Both the position numbers and the translations under genes were made by a program. A stretch of DNA of 64,000 nucleotides from Trypanosoma brucei. Its lineage: Eukaryota. Shown in pieces: positions 44,335-55,193 of this stretch; the stretch's first letter is position 1, and every line of letters starts with the position of its first letter. The stretch is taken from assembly GCA_000002445.1 (NCBI GenBank), contig CP000070.1, positions 96,001-160,000 of the forward strand, written 5' to 3'. The notes under the pieces were generated by a model. That model was not told the DNA's origin. It did no database searches and worked only from the letters and a program-made list of their open reading frames with translations.

Positions 44335-44390
44335 ATATATATATATATATATATATACATATGCGTGTGTGTGTGTGTGTGTGTGTGTGT
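44335..44390. repeat. Compound microsatellite (TA)n followed by (GT)n.
   Basis: The sequence tatatatatatatatatatacatatgcgtgtgtgtgtgtgtgtgtgtgtgtgt sits in the intergenic region. Confidence 0.9.
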
Positions 44391-44921
44391 AAACACGGAG
44401 GGAAGAAAATCACTCGCCAAGCGACTTTCACTTCCCGCCCCACACACAAATTCGGGTGACTGGAGATGTTGTGCTCACAAATAATGGTGGCGCAGTTATC
44501 TTTCCCTTCTCTTTCCATTTCCCTTTTCTATATGTCACCCATTTCTCTCATTCAACATTTAAGAGTGTAGTTTCAACTTCTCTTCTCCTCTTTTAAAAAA
44601 TTCTTTTATATCTTAGTTCACTTGTTAAGAGTCGTTTCTTTTGCTCCGTTACATCTTCTCTTCTCTCAGAGAGGTACGAATAATAACAACGACTACTACA
44701 ACACGAAAACAACAATGAAAAATGGAAAAAAAAAATAACAAAAAACTTACGCGCACAAAAATAGACGTACGTCTTGTGCAAAGGCGTCCACACAAGCCAC
44801 GACCCGCAACACTCACTTTTAACACGGCGCATCGTTTAGGAAGGCATACATATTAAAGATAAAATGTAGGTAACACAAGTGAACTTTTACTTCACGATCT
44901 GCCAAACAGGGCCCACTTCGC

Positions 44922-47399
44922 TCATGCCAAGCCTTTGGAGAAACCTACGGGAAACACATCACTGCATTTAAGTAACTTGTCAATTGGGTTAAATTCGATA
45001 CTCATTGCAGCGCCATCACATGTCACGCACTGCAGTAATGTAGAGCCCGACCCATATTGTCCAAAACATGCGGAAGGGCCGGTCTCACCTGTTAAGCACG
45101 CGGCTCCCACGGAACTCTTTGATTGTGTCACCACATCCAAATGCCGGTACGCCGGCCGCTCCCACCAAACAACAAATGAACGCGCAAGCTCCTTTGATGT
45201 TGCGTAGTTGCGATTCGCATAACTTTCACCCGCTTTTTCGCTCCTAAAGGATTTACCAGCACATGAAGCATCTGCCACGTCATCAACACTTCCAGCGAGG
45301 CTCTGACTGTGTGAAGTGGCGGAGTCTCTGGTAGCGGTAGGTAAACATCGTCTTGCTGTCAAGTCTACCGTCTCTACAAGTGGTGACACTCGTCTCCAAA
45401 CGTAACCGGCTATGCCTTTACTTTCAAACCATGAACTGGTTGATGGGGCCTTCACGGCACTTTTTGAACCTCCAGTGTCTTGATGTAAACTCTCCCCCCG
45501 TGACGCCTCCCCGGAATTCAACGTTACTTCTGAAGAATACCCGTATTCACCCACAACTTGCGAGTCAGTTTGCTTTCTATTAGAGGAAGTTTCTGCAACG
45601 CGCATCAAATGCCTCCACAGTTCTGGCATTGTAGCTACCCATTTAGGAAGAAATACCTCATTTTTTAGGGGCAGTGGGCATTCAAGTGCGGCCCACTCGG
45701 AACTGAAGAACTTACAAAAACTGCGAAGTGAATGGAGAGAGGATTGAACGTTTTGCACTCGCATGGCCTTGGAGGGGTCCTTTGTGCTCACGTCATGGGG
45801 TTTCGGCTCCTCGTGCTCACCGGCAAAGAAAATCTTGAGAGTGTTGTGCGCAACACAGAAAAGAAATACTTCACCAAGAAACATCATATGAAAAATAGGA
45901 GTCGGTACGGAGACGTTTCGCAACTCCCTAATCATCACAAAGTGTCCTGTAAGTGGCGTGCCACTGTTGTTCCCGCCTTCGGCAGACCCTTCAGCATCAT
46001 CAACATATCTCCAAACACGTATAAGTGTGCCCCGCGAACTGCAACTCGCCACATGACACCGAATTCCCACACCAACGGATCTGTATTCAGCTCCTCCACA
46101 GTCAACTGTGGCCCCACCATCCACAAAAACAGCTAATGAAACCAACCTGTTTGCATGGGCTGGAGACTTTGTGCCCAACATTTCGGGGCCTCTCCAAGCA
46201 CTAAGGGGGTCCTCACTGGCATAACGCAGGAGACTAAACCCGAAAAGAGAACTACTAAATACAAGAAACTTTCTGTGAAAGTCAATAGCAAATGGTGCAG
46301 TAATGTCACATGAACCTTCTGTAGGTCGCACTGATGACGTTGTGGCCCCAAGAACCGTATCGTTGACTGACTTCATGCTGGACATAGAGCAATTACCAGT
46401 AAGGCTATCAGTAGCGAAGTTGTTGAACGCAGATGAGTTTCCACTAGCATGAAAGGGAGATAAGGATGGACGATTCATGACGGTAACGTCTGTTTGTGCT
46501 GGCGTCGAGAACACACATTGGCCAGTTTCGAAACTGTGCAACCGCAGCTCTACAGTTGTGAAAATAATAATAAGTTTGTGATCGAGATGTACAACCACAA
46601 CTGGATCAGGAACTGGAACAGTCCGTTCTTCCTGGATCTCTCCAGCAACGTAAATTTTCACCTCATTCCTTTCACCAAGTGGATATGGACCACCGCCGAC
46701 AAGAGCAACAAATTGTGTGCGATATAAGAGTGCCATGAGACCGACACCAACCTCCACTGGGAGCGGCTCAACCAACGAATGACGGATGGAAGAATCCACA
46801 TTTTGCGTGGTTAACTTGAGCACATCCCCAGTTGTTTGATCCCACGACAATCCTGCAGTTTGAAGGTTGGTAAGCGCACAGTCAGAGCCTACCGCACATG
46901 CGGCTGCTTCCGACTTCCAAGGCGGTTGCCCCGATGTCCCATAAGCATCCGCAGTAGTTTCTGCAAAGTCAGGAAGAAATGCCCCATATCCAGTTGACGG
47001 GTTGCAGTCAAATGTACTAAGAAGCACATCACATTCCCGCCTGTCACCAACGCTAGTTGAAGCCCTAACTTTCTCTTCTACACCACATGACATCTCTGCA
47101 TCCGGCCCTGAGGCTGCACTTGGCGTGCGGAAATGTGTGTAAGGTGAGGCACAATCGCTTTCTCGGCGGGGAAACTTCACTTCAACTGTGGTATAAAATG
47201 ATGGGGGAGATCCTCCTCGTCCTTCCCAACTCTCCTCCTTTGCCGAAGAGGGAGCAGCACCAGAGCCGCCGCGGTGAACATTATAAATCACATAACCCTT
47301 CTGATGGCCAACACCAACGCGCGAATAGTCTTGATTTGTGCAAAAACAGAGCGGCTGAAGTATTTCTTCAGCATCGTCTAGAAAGTCAAAATCTTCCAT
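44922..47399 (-). CDS. Hypothetical protein of 825 aa. The N-terminus resembles a PROPPIN/BCAS3-type beta-propeller.
   Basis: The N-terminal LCFCTNQDYSRVGVGHQKGYVIYNV resembles the F-x-FNQD-x-SC-x-AVG-x-x-G-x-x-IYN opening of WIPI/BCAS3 proteins. The length fits BCAS3. Confidence is low. Confidence 0.45.
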   Translation of the reverse strand: MEDFDFLDDAEEILQPLCFCTNQDYSRVGVGHQKGYVIYNVHRGGSGAAPSSAKEESWEGRGGSPPSFYTTVEVKFPRRESDCASPYTHFRTPSAASGPDAEMSCGVEEKVRASTSVGDRRECDVLLSTFDCNPSTGYGAFLPDFAETTADAYGTSGQPPWKSEAAACAVGSDCALTNLQTAGLSWDQTTGDVLKLTTQNVDSSIRHSLVEPLPVEVGVGLMALLYRTQFVALVGGGPYPLGERNEVKIYVAGEIQEERTVPVPDPVVVVHLDHKLIIIFTTVELRLHSFETGQCVFSTPAQTDVTVMNRPSLSPFHASGNSSAFNNFATDSLTGNCSMSSMKSVNDTVLGATTSSVRPTEGSCDITAPFAIDFHRKFLVFSSSLFGFSLLRYASEDPLSAWRGPEMLGTKSPAHANRLVSLAVFVDGGATVDCGGAEYRSVGVGIRCHVASCSSRGTLIRVWRYVDDAEGSAEGGNNSGTPLTGHFVMIRELRNVSVPTPIFHMMFLGEVFLFCVAHNTLKIFFAGEHEEPKPHDVSTKDPSKAMRVQNVQSSLHSLRSFCKFFSSEWAALECPLPLKNEVFLPKWVATMPELWRHLMRVAETSSNRKQTDSQVVGEYGYSSEVTLNSGEASRGESLHQDTGGSKSAVKAPSTSSWFESKGIAGYVWRRVSPLVETVDLTARRCLPTATRDSATSHSQSLAGSVDDVADASCAGKSFRSEKAGESYANRNYATSKELARSFVVWWERPAYRHLDVVTQSKSSVGAACLTGETGPSACFGQYGSGSTLLQCVTCDGAAMSIEFNPIDKLLKCSDVFPVGFSKGLA

Positions 47400-47891
47400 T
47401 TGCTTCCTACCTGTACCCGTGTTTCGTGTGGGTCTGGCAATAAAAGTGTATATATATATATTTTTTTTTTTTTATATATGGGCGGTATACCGGAACCTCG
47501 CACAAGACAACAGTAAAGGAGGAAAAGAGCTATTTCAATTAGCAACGTCACAAGACACCTCGATACACGTGGACTCAACAATAACAACAATGCCGAAGTA
47601 ACATAAAAAGAAGTCATGTAGAGTGAAAAGAGCGCTCTGCTGAGAGGCAGTTACCCCTCAAAAATGAGGAAAAAACGTATCAGTAAGTGGTTAATAAATT
47701 CCCTCTGCTAGTTTGTAAATCGGAGGGCATTAAAATACTACAATACTGCCTCATACTCCCCTCACGACCCTGTAAATTATTTTCAACCGCCTAGCCAACG
47801 GGTAAATAGTACAATCACGCTAACAGAACGCAAGCACCATGCGTAAATGTTTTTGACGTCTGTGAACATATATACCATGCCTGTGCGTCTC

Positions 47892-47920
47892 CACACACAC
47901 ACACACACACACACATACAC
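47892..47920. repeat. (CA)n microsatellite.
   Basis: The sequence cacacacacacacacacacacacatacac. Confidence 0.9.
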
Positions 47921-48097
47921 TGCCAAAAAGAGTTATTGAGAGGTAACGCAGGCAGCAAACGCAACGTTCCATACTCATAGGATACCTTTGGCGCTACAAC
48001 TTTTGAAGCATTTTGCAATTAGTACCCTCCTTGGGACCAAGCACTCAGCTCACGTGTAGACATATGGGCCGGCAACTCTCCGTGATTATTCGTCGCC

Positions 48098-50455
48098 TTA
48101 AAAAGAACCCGGTTTACTTGTAGAGGCCGCAGAGTTTGCGGCTTGCTGAATGTACGCCATCAACTCACCGTCATCTCGCTTCACCTCTGTCCGTGACCAC
48201 GGCACACCCTTGCGCATCATTTGATCTCCCAAATACCAAAGTGCATAACACCGTCGCCTGCGCTGCTCTTCCGTGATCGCAACGTCCTGGAGAACATTTT
48301 GAGCGGCAAAGCGAAGCACACAACTTGCGTCGGCCACAACCGAATCAAATTCCATGCTGAAATATTCCGTCATAACCTTCCTGGCCAACCACTCTGGATT
48401 ATCTTTGGCTCTGTCGTCCACCTTCTCGCGAAACGCTGCATAGACACGGTCAACACCAGAGAAAATTTTCTTGTATACGTGAAGCTTTGGTGCATAAAAA
48501 GGTAAAATGCCAAGGAATCGCTGACTTGATATGACATACGACTGTCCAACCTCGTACATCAGTTCCCTTCCAAAACACGCCTCCGCCAGGTGACGTGTGT
48601 AGCGGTCACAACGGTCCTCAAAGTCGCGCGAAAAACAGTTAAACTCGTTGGTAAAACAAGTCAGTTCATATGGTGAGCCCGTTCCTTCATTATTGGGAGT
48701 ATCGCCTTGGTTTTTGTGTTGTGCCGTAGTTTGTTTCCTCTCTCGTGCTGGCTGGTTCTTTTTTCTTCCACTTAATTCATCTATCAGTGCATCAGCAACC
48801 TCACTCTGGGGTTGACCACTTCGATGCTTGCAACCCTTTGCAGCCGGAGCCATTGCATGGACATCGACTATACGTACCAGCTCTAAAGTAAGTTCAAAGC
48901 AGCGAAGTACCTGAAGTTGCTCAAATTCGTGGAGAGAAACACTCACCTGTGCTTCGTTCCGCAAGTGCCAATGGGAACGCAACAGTTGCCCGAGTACTTT
49001 TTGTTTAAAAATTTCACCACCAAACACACTTTGGACAACTTCCTCAGGTGTCCGCGCCATGAACCGTCCCATTTTACTTTCGTGTAGCCGAAGTGCCTGC
49101 GCCCCGCCAAGATCATAGGAACGCCGTTTCTCAGGATTGGAGAGTATTTGATAAGCCTGTGATATGCTCTCAAACTTCTCCCTTGCTTTTCTGCGCTCTT
49201 CTTCGCTGCCACACTGAACAGTATCAGGATGAAAAACTTTAGCCAACCGCTTGTACTGAGCCTTCACTTGCTCCAGTGTAGCATTCCGCTTCACTTGAAG
49301 TACCTCGTAAGGATTTTCGATATTCTCCGCCCTGCCACGAGTTGTATGTTGTGCCTTTTGGTGCTTTCCCCCAAACTTCTCGTTTATACGGTCAAACGAG
49401 AAGCCCATCGACGCGAGCCGGTCTTTCCATCGATTCTCTGCCCTCATATTCTTCCGCCGGAATTCCAACCGACCAACACTTCGAATTGCGCGACGCTCAA
49501 GCGATACCTCACGATGAAGCCACAAAGCAGTTAGGGCGCTGCAGTAGTGCCACCGGCCACTTCCAGCTTCAAAGAAAAGTTTTCCAGAGAGTGCGTTCCA
49601 CACGCCGTACATGGAGTTTATCAGACCGGAGGGAACGTGAATAAGAGGTGAGAGAACTAATCCATAGGCAAGGAACTGCGAGGCGCGTAAAAATCCCGTA
49701 GCTGGCCCCCGAATAGCTCCCATGACAACTCCGTGGTCCCTAATTCCACGCAAAGTACCAAAGAAAACACATGCTAACGAATTCTGAATAGCAATTACAG
49801 AGTTCCACAATAATGTGTAGAGTGCTAACCAAATGTGGCGGCGGGGTGTCAAGTTCATCCTGCCGTAGAAATTAAGCGCATGCAAGCGCTTCATGCGGTT
49901 GAGGTAGTCAAGGTCAGCTGACAGCGTCGCTAATTGATCATTCAGTGCCGTCTCAGGCTGCCCCAACTTCTTCTTTCGCATATTTAGTAGCGCATGCCGC
50001 ATGCGGTTGAAGGTTTGGACGATAGTTGAAGAGGAGCCTACAGGCGGAACCCATCCAACAGGGCGCTGATGTCTTCCTTTAGCGCAAGCATTCGTTGCAC
50101 CATAGCAGCGGATTATCTTCACAACATTTGCCGGACGTCTCGTCCATGTGGACGGACAATCATCGACTACAAGTTGTGGCTTCTCAAAGAGCACAAAAGA
50201 CAACCTCTTCAGTTCTGCTTCCAGAGCGTCCGCCTTGGTTGCGAGTCGGTGGTGTATCGGCAGCATTTCGCTGTCTTCCTGTGAAGCGTCCATTGCTCGG
50301 AATTCCTCCTCTTCCAGCAACTGTTCACGTGTCTCTTCCGATATCCCTTCACTCGTAGTGGCGGTATGTAACCTCCAGCCGGTTGCCGCATTCAACCAAA
50401 CTAAAGAAACATGCCGCCGCATCTCTCCTAACCCGATCCCCGGGGCGGATAACAA
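48098..50455 (-). CDS. Large J-domain protein of 785 aa with N-terminal hydrophobic segments.
   Basis: The J domain YEVLQVKRNATLEQVKAQYKRLAKVFHPDTVQCGSEEERRKAREKFESISQAYQILSNPEKRRSYD carries HPD. The N-terminal third is hydrophobic, for example LALYTLLWNSVIAIQNSLACVFF. Confidence 0.75.
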   Translation of the reverse strand: MLSAPGIGLGEMRRHVSLVWLNAATGWRLHTATTSEGISEETREQLLEEEEFRAMDASQEDSEMLPIHHRLATKADALEAELKRLSFVLFEKPQLVVDDCPSTWTRRPANVVKIIRCYGATNACAKGRHQRPVGWVPPVGSSSTIVQTFNRMRHALLNMRKKKLGQPETALNDQLATLSADLDYLNRMKRLHALNFYGRMNLTPRRHIWLALYTLLWNSVIAIQNSLACVFFGTLRGIRDHGVVMGAIRGPATGFLRASQFLAYGLVLSPLIHVPSGLINSMYGVWNALSGKLFFEAGSGRWHYCSALTALWLHREVSLERRAIRSVGRLEFRRKNMRAENRWKDRLASMGFSFDRINEKFGGKHQKAQHTTRGRAENIENPYEVLQVKRNATLEQVKAQYKRLAKVFHPDTVQCGSEEERRKAREKFESISQAYQILSNPEKRRSYDLGGAQALRLHESKMGRFMARTPEEVVQSVFGGEIFKQKVLGQLLRSHWHLRNEAQVSVSLHEFEQLQVLRCFELTLELVRIVDVHAMAPAAKGCKHRSGQPQSEVADALIDELSGRKKNQPARERKQTTAQHKNQGDTPNNEGTGSPYELTCFTNEFNCFSRDFEDRCDRYTRHLAEACFGRELMYEVGQSYVISSQRFLGILPFYAPKLHVYKKIFSGVDRVYAAFREKVDDRAKDNPEWLARKVMTEYFSMEFDSVVADASCVLRFAAQNVLQDVAITEEQRRRRCYALWYLGDQMMRKGVPWSRTEVKRDDGELMAYIQQAANSAASTSKPGSF

Positions 50456-51370
50456 GTCCGGAGTTGCAGGCTTTTGATTATTTAATTAATTATTATTTTT
50501 TTTTTTTTTGGTTCGCTACTACCTGTAAAGATTTTGGGGGGCGCCGTCATAAACGGTGGCCGTGTCTCATGCGTAGAACATATCAATAGACAGGAAAGTG
50601 AGAGTAAAGGTGGTAGTGTGAAATCATGAAGTTCCATGAATTAAGCATTTCAGATGCTCATGCATTCTGGGCGAACCCCACATAAGTGCCTTTTTCTTAT
50701 CCTGCTTTTACTCAGCGTTAATATGAAATTATCACATGAGTACTGCAGAACAGTCATCAGCCAACTAGTAAGTAAGTAAGTAACATATCAATGATAACTG
50801 TTAAACATGAACCAGCCGGAGCCAACACTTCCATCGACAAGTGGTTGGAGGTTATGCAGAGATAGATGAGGCCAAAACACTACAACCCTTCAGTGTAACA
50901 GAATGCGATAAGATTCAAAGGTTATTGACATTACGCCATCGACATCTTTCCAACTGCGAAGCCGCTAGTCAAACAGTGAGATATTGCAATGCGCCACATA
51001 ACCATTAACCTTTGTTCATTTTCTCATACCACCACCAAACCAACAAAAGACATTAGAAAATGCGCCTCCCTCTCTTATCAGTATTCTTCTTCCAGATTCA
51101 ATATATCACCCGAAATGTAATTACCAACGGTGATGAAGCGTAGTAACACAAACACTACAAATGGGAGTCGAGCTGCTTCACACGATACCTCTTTACACAA
51201 AACAAATTTAATCAACCGCTACACGAGAAACGAGGTGGTGGCTGCCACATATATGTGGAATAAATAAAAAAAAAAGGAATACTCTCAAGGTTAGTAACGA
51301 GTAAAAGCAAAGAAATACACAACATGTAGCCGGAGGAAAACTTAGTTATTATAAATACATATATACATAT

Positions 51371-51406
51371 ATATTGATATTGATATTGATATAGATATAG
51401 ATATCC
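51371..51406. repeat. Short hexamer repeat (GATATT/GATATA)n.
   Basis: The sequence atattgatattgatattgatatagatatagatatc. Confidence 0.85.
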
Positions 51407-51942
51407 AGCACTTCCATTAACTCTCAAGAGTCTATGAACTACCAATAAAAGTAAATAAACTTACATGACATGCCCACAAAACACGCTGAGGGGGCGGATG
51501 TTACGGACAAAATGAAAAGTACGCTAAAGCATATGACGATGTTCTTTTTGAAACCTACATTTCATTTGGCACACACCGCATAAGAACTCATTCATAACTT
51601 AAAACTAAAGGGATGGAAAAAAAAAAGTCACGCTGAAGCGAAAAGAAGAGAAGAAAAGAGAAGAGAGTGTTTTTTTTTTTAAAAAAGTGAACTACTCCTG
51701 AAGTGCATGTAAAAACAGAAAGAGGACCGAAAAAACTGACCAAAACAGTGAGTGATGATAAGAAAACAAAGGTGGAGAATTCGCTGCTTTGAAATAAAAA
51801 GAAAACAAAAAAACAATGAACCAAAAATATCGCGGCAAACGCCTTCATACACTGCAGAAATGTCAATTAATATGAAAAGTTCACTGGAGAGGGTGTTCAC
51901 ATAGAAAGGAAATAAGTTGTATTCACAGCGACAATTGTAATG

Positions 51943-51980
51943 ATAATAATAATAATAATAATAATGGTAATAATATTAGT
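51943..51980. repeat. (AAT)n microsatellite. A second copy lies at about 52249-52273.
   Basis: The sequence gataataataataataataataatggtaataat. At 52249 the sequence is tataataataataataataataat. Confidence 0.85.
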
Positions 51981-53657
51981 TCAACGCAACGCAACGTAAA
52001 AGCAAAAAAAAAAATTGAAAATGATGGTCACAAAGCAGTAAAAGGGTGGAAACAGCTTTTCACAAGCAAGAGGGTAGTGCAGTTGGGAAACTAATGATGG
52101 CACAAAAAGACAAACAAAATCAAAAACGAAACAGCAAAAAGCAAAAAAAAAAAGCAAAGATGATGAGTTTGTAGTTGCTCGAAGGATTGTATGGTCCACA
52201 AGTTGTATTCAGATGTCCAAACCAGAATCCAAGGCAAAAGAGGAAGAGTATAATAATAATAATAATAATAATTAAAACAAAACAAAAGGAAAATGAACGG
52301 AAAGGGGGAAAAAAACATACCTGGACGGCCGCTAACGAAGTTTTGAAAGGCACTGAACTGAATGTGCTAAACAAACAAACAAACAGTTTAGCAACCGCAA
52401 TACATTCACACACTTAATAAATAAAAATATATATATACATATATTATTGACTTACAAAGATACAGGGGGAAAAAAAGAGGGGGGAAAATATAAAGGCAAT
52501 TCATATGTTCGATGATCCAGACACATATACACACACAAACGCGAACAAAAAAAAAGAAAAATAGTCGCACGCTCAATAAATAGAAGGGAAGAGAAAAATA
52601 CAGGGCGCGTGTAAAATGCCAAAGAAGCAGTCAAAAGGAATAAATTAAATAAATAAAAAACACAAACTACCGCTCAAATTCATAGACCACTGATTTTTTT
52701 AAAAATTAAAAAAAAACAAAAGTAACGACGATGAAACCCCGGAAGTGGGACGAAAGGAGGCATTTAAGGGGGATCACATCAGGTCAGTAGTGACTTTCCC
52801 ATCAAACAAACAAACAAACACAAAAAAAAAGAGGGTGCAGAACGTTTAAAGGGGAGGACAAGTAATACAAAGATAATTTTAAGAAAATATGAACAAATAA
52901 GACACGAAAAAGAAACAAATGAAAGAAGAAAACAAAAAAAAACAGTGGCTAAACACTAACAAAAAGAAAGTAAGTAGAAATGAGTAAAGGAATCCCGTGA
53001 AGAAACCATGTTAAATAAACATGACTCCTTGCACGAAAAAGTAAAACAAGTCGAACTACCACGAAAATAACAGTGGAAAAAAGGAAACCACAAAAAAAAA
53101 AACAACAACAACACGCCAGCAAAGAAAAAAAAGGAGGATGTTCTTCTTACACTTTGTAACCGGTTTAATACACAGAAATAATAGCACAAATATTTAAAAA
53201 AAAACAATATAAAAGTAAGAAGTAATGATAGAAAAGACATATCCAGTGGGACATAACCTTCGTGAGGTGATGCTGACCCTGAAGTTTACACCAATGGAGC
53301 GCAGCGGTGGTTACACGGCAAAAGTTTTCCCACAATTTGTTCGTACTATTTATTATTATTATTTTTTTTTTTTTTTGAGGGAGAGGTAGGGGCCTTTCCG
53401 CCGCTTCTTTGCAACTCGGCTATCACTTCGATTGATATATACGTGTCAATGATTTAAGCCTTCCAATTTTTTTTGTTTCTTCCCCCTTTTCTTTTCTTTT
53501 CTTTTCGCGTTCGTTCGTTCGTTTGTTTCTTTTATTTATTTATTTATTTATTTGTGCATGCGGGAGGGACTGGGAGAGGAGGAGGAGGGAAGGGATTTCA
53601 TTTGGTATTATCTCTATTTTCCTAACCTTAAGTCTAACATACTCCCCCCTCCCTCCG

Positions 53658-55193
53658 TTACACATTCTGTTGTAACCAATCACGAACAATAACTTTGCCA
53701 ACAACAAGCAGTAAGGCCCGATGTAATGCAGACGCCTGCTCCCTCACAGATGGATATCGCTGTTCTTCACTTTTGTGGCAATGCACATAAATTGGGCCGC
53801 TTCCAAATGTATAGGCGCCATCACTGCGGCATTTGCTCGTGTCCGCAGTGACGGGACTTCCTGGTGTTGAAGTTTCCTTATCACATGGTGTGTAATCAAT
53901 TACAGCACAAATAGGCGTTGCTCCTCCAAATTGCTCAATTGTTTCCCACACGTAACGAATGCCATCCATCGACGTGCCGTGGGCCAACCAGTCGATTCCA
54001 CGATTAAGACGCGAGACAACTCCCGAAGGGTTGAGTGTTGAATTCGCCGCGAAATATGATGGCTCGGATACCACACTTCCATTTCCTGTTGCAGGTGTGC
54101 CAAAGGCATCAAGTACAAAGCTACTTTCAGGAGTAATACCACTATATCGCGGAACGGGTCCAAGTTCCTCATCAGGAAGTATGACATACGCATCAGTACC
54201 AATTGTTTCCTGTTGTAAAACCTCACGGTTGAAACTTTGCTGTTGAGTAAGTCCAACAAGTCGAGTACGAACTCGCACATTACTTACAGTGCCTGCAAGC
54301 GTATCACCACCTTTACACTCTGGTATCAGAACTGGCACCTGCAATGTAACTCTGTGGTAACTCTTCCGAGGTGATTCCTCCAGGTTCATAATCCCTCGCC
54401 GGCGTTTCCAGCGGTGTGCTCCCGCTTCATCAAAACATAAGGTGGCCTCAAATGTACTTTGATCACTACTGTAAAGCGTAGAAATTGAGTCATTTGATGG
54501 ACTGGGGTTGAGAGTTGCGCTATGACTTCGACCATCATGACACTCGTCTGTTGCATTGGGGACACCGGTACCTTCTCCGATAAGTCGCTCAAGTTCTTCA
54601 AAGACTGCCGACAACCCAACATAGTCACGCTTATCAAATAGAGATTTGCCACGCAGAGAAATAACATAAATCTTCCGCTCTCTGCCACTGCCGGGTAAAG
54701 TACATTTTATTGGATAAGACGGATGAGTTGTAGTGGGATCTGCGGCACTGCTGGATGGTTCTGTAAAGGCTTCTAAAAGTCTCCGCGCCTTCCAATGGCA
54801 TTTTAAACACACACGCTGTAAAGCCGAGAGCCTCCCCATGAAAGTATTTATGAGACCCGCGAAAAGAGACGGGTTCCCACCACTTTGCGTTTCCTTTTCC
54901 TCCGGATTGTTGTCCACATGTGGATGATGTGGTTTTATTTCCTTCACTTGACAAACTTTATGCAACAGCTCGCGTGGAATGAAGGAGCCCGAGCAACAAC
55001 CACAAAAGAGGCCCCCACAACATCGGCAGTGGTGCCGCCTGCTGAAGAAATCAAACGCTTGGGCACATTGTTGGCACTCTGAAGAAGTTTCGTCCGGTTT
55101 CCACCTGCAGTTCTTCTTTTGCATGCACACACACACAAAAAAAACGACAACGCAAATGCAAATGCAAACTGCAAAAATTTTTTCTCTCGTCAC
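53658..55193 (-). CDS. FYVE zinc-finger protein. The ORF is 511 aa. The functional start is probably the second Met, MQKKNCRWKP, because the first 23 codons are a Cys/Val-rich run.
   Basis: The FYVE signature is CQQCAQAFDFFSRRHHCRCCGGLFCGCCS, with the R(R/K)HHCR motif. Confidence 0.7.
   Translation of the reverse strand: MTREKIFAVCICICVVVFFVCVCMQKKNCRWKPDETSSECQQCAQAFDFFSRRHHCRCCGGLFCGCCSGSFIPRELLHKVCQVKEIKPHHPHVDNNPEEKETQSGGNPSLFAGLINTFMGRLSALQRVCLKCHWKARRLLEAFTEPSSSAADPTTTHPSYPIKCTLPGSGRERKIYVISLRGKSLFDKRDYVGLSAVFEELERLIGEGTGVPNATDECHDGRSHSATLNPSPSNDSISTLYSSDQSTFEATLCFDEAGAHRWKRRRGIMNLEESPRKSYHRVTLQVPVLIPECKGGDTLAGTVSNVRVRTRLVGLTQQQSFNREVLQQETIGTDAYVILPDEELGPVPRYSGITPESSFVLDAFGTPATGNGSVVSEPSYFAANSTLNPSGVVSRLNRGIDWLAHGTSMDGIRYVWETIEQFGGATPICAVIDYTPCDKETSTPGSPVTADTSKCRSDGAYTFGSGPIYVHCHKSEEQRYPSVREQASALHRALLLVVGKVIVRDWLQQNV

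Noticed and set aside
51212-53240. A cluster of minus-strand ORFs of 60-97 aa in the long spacer, for example 52120..52413 and 52956..53240.
   Set aside because: Their translations are F/L/C-rich homopolymer-like strings derived from T-rich UTR sequence. They overlap each other in different frames and have no start-codon context.
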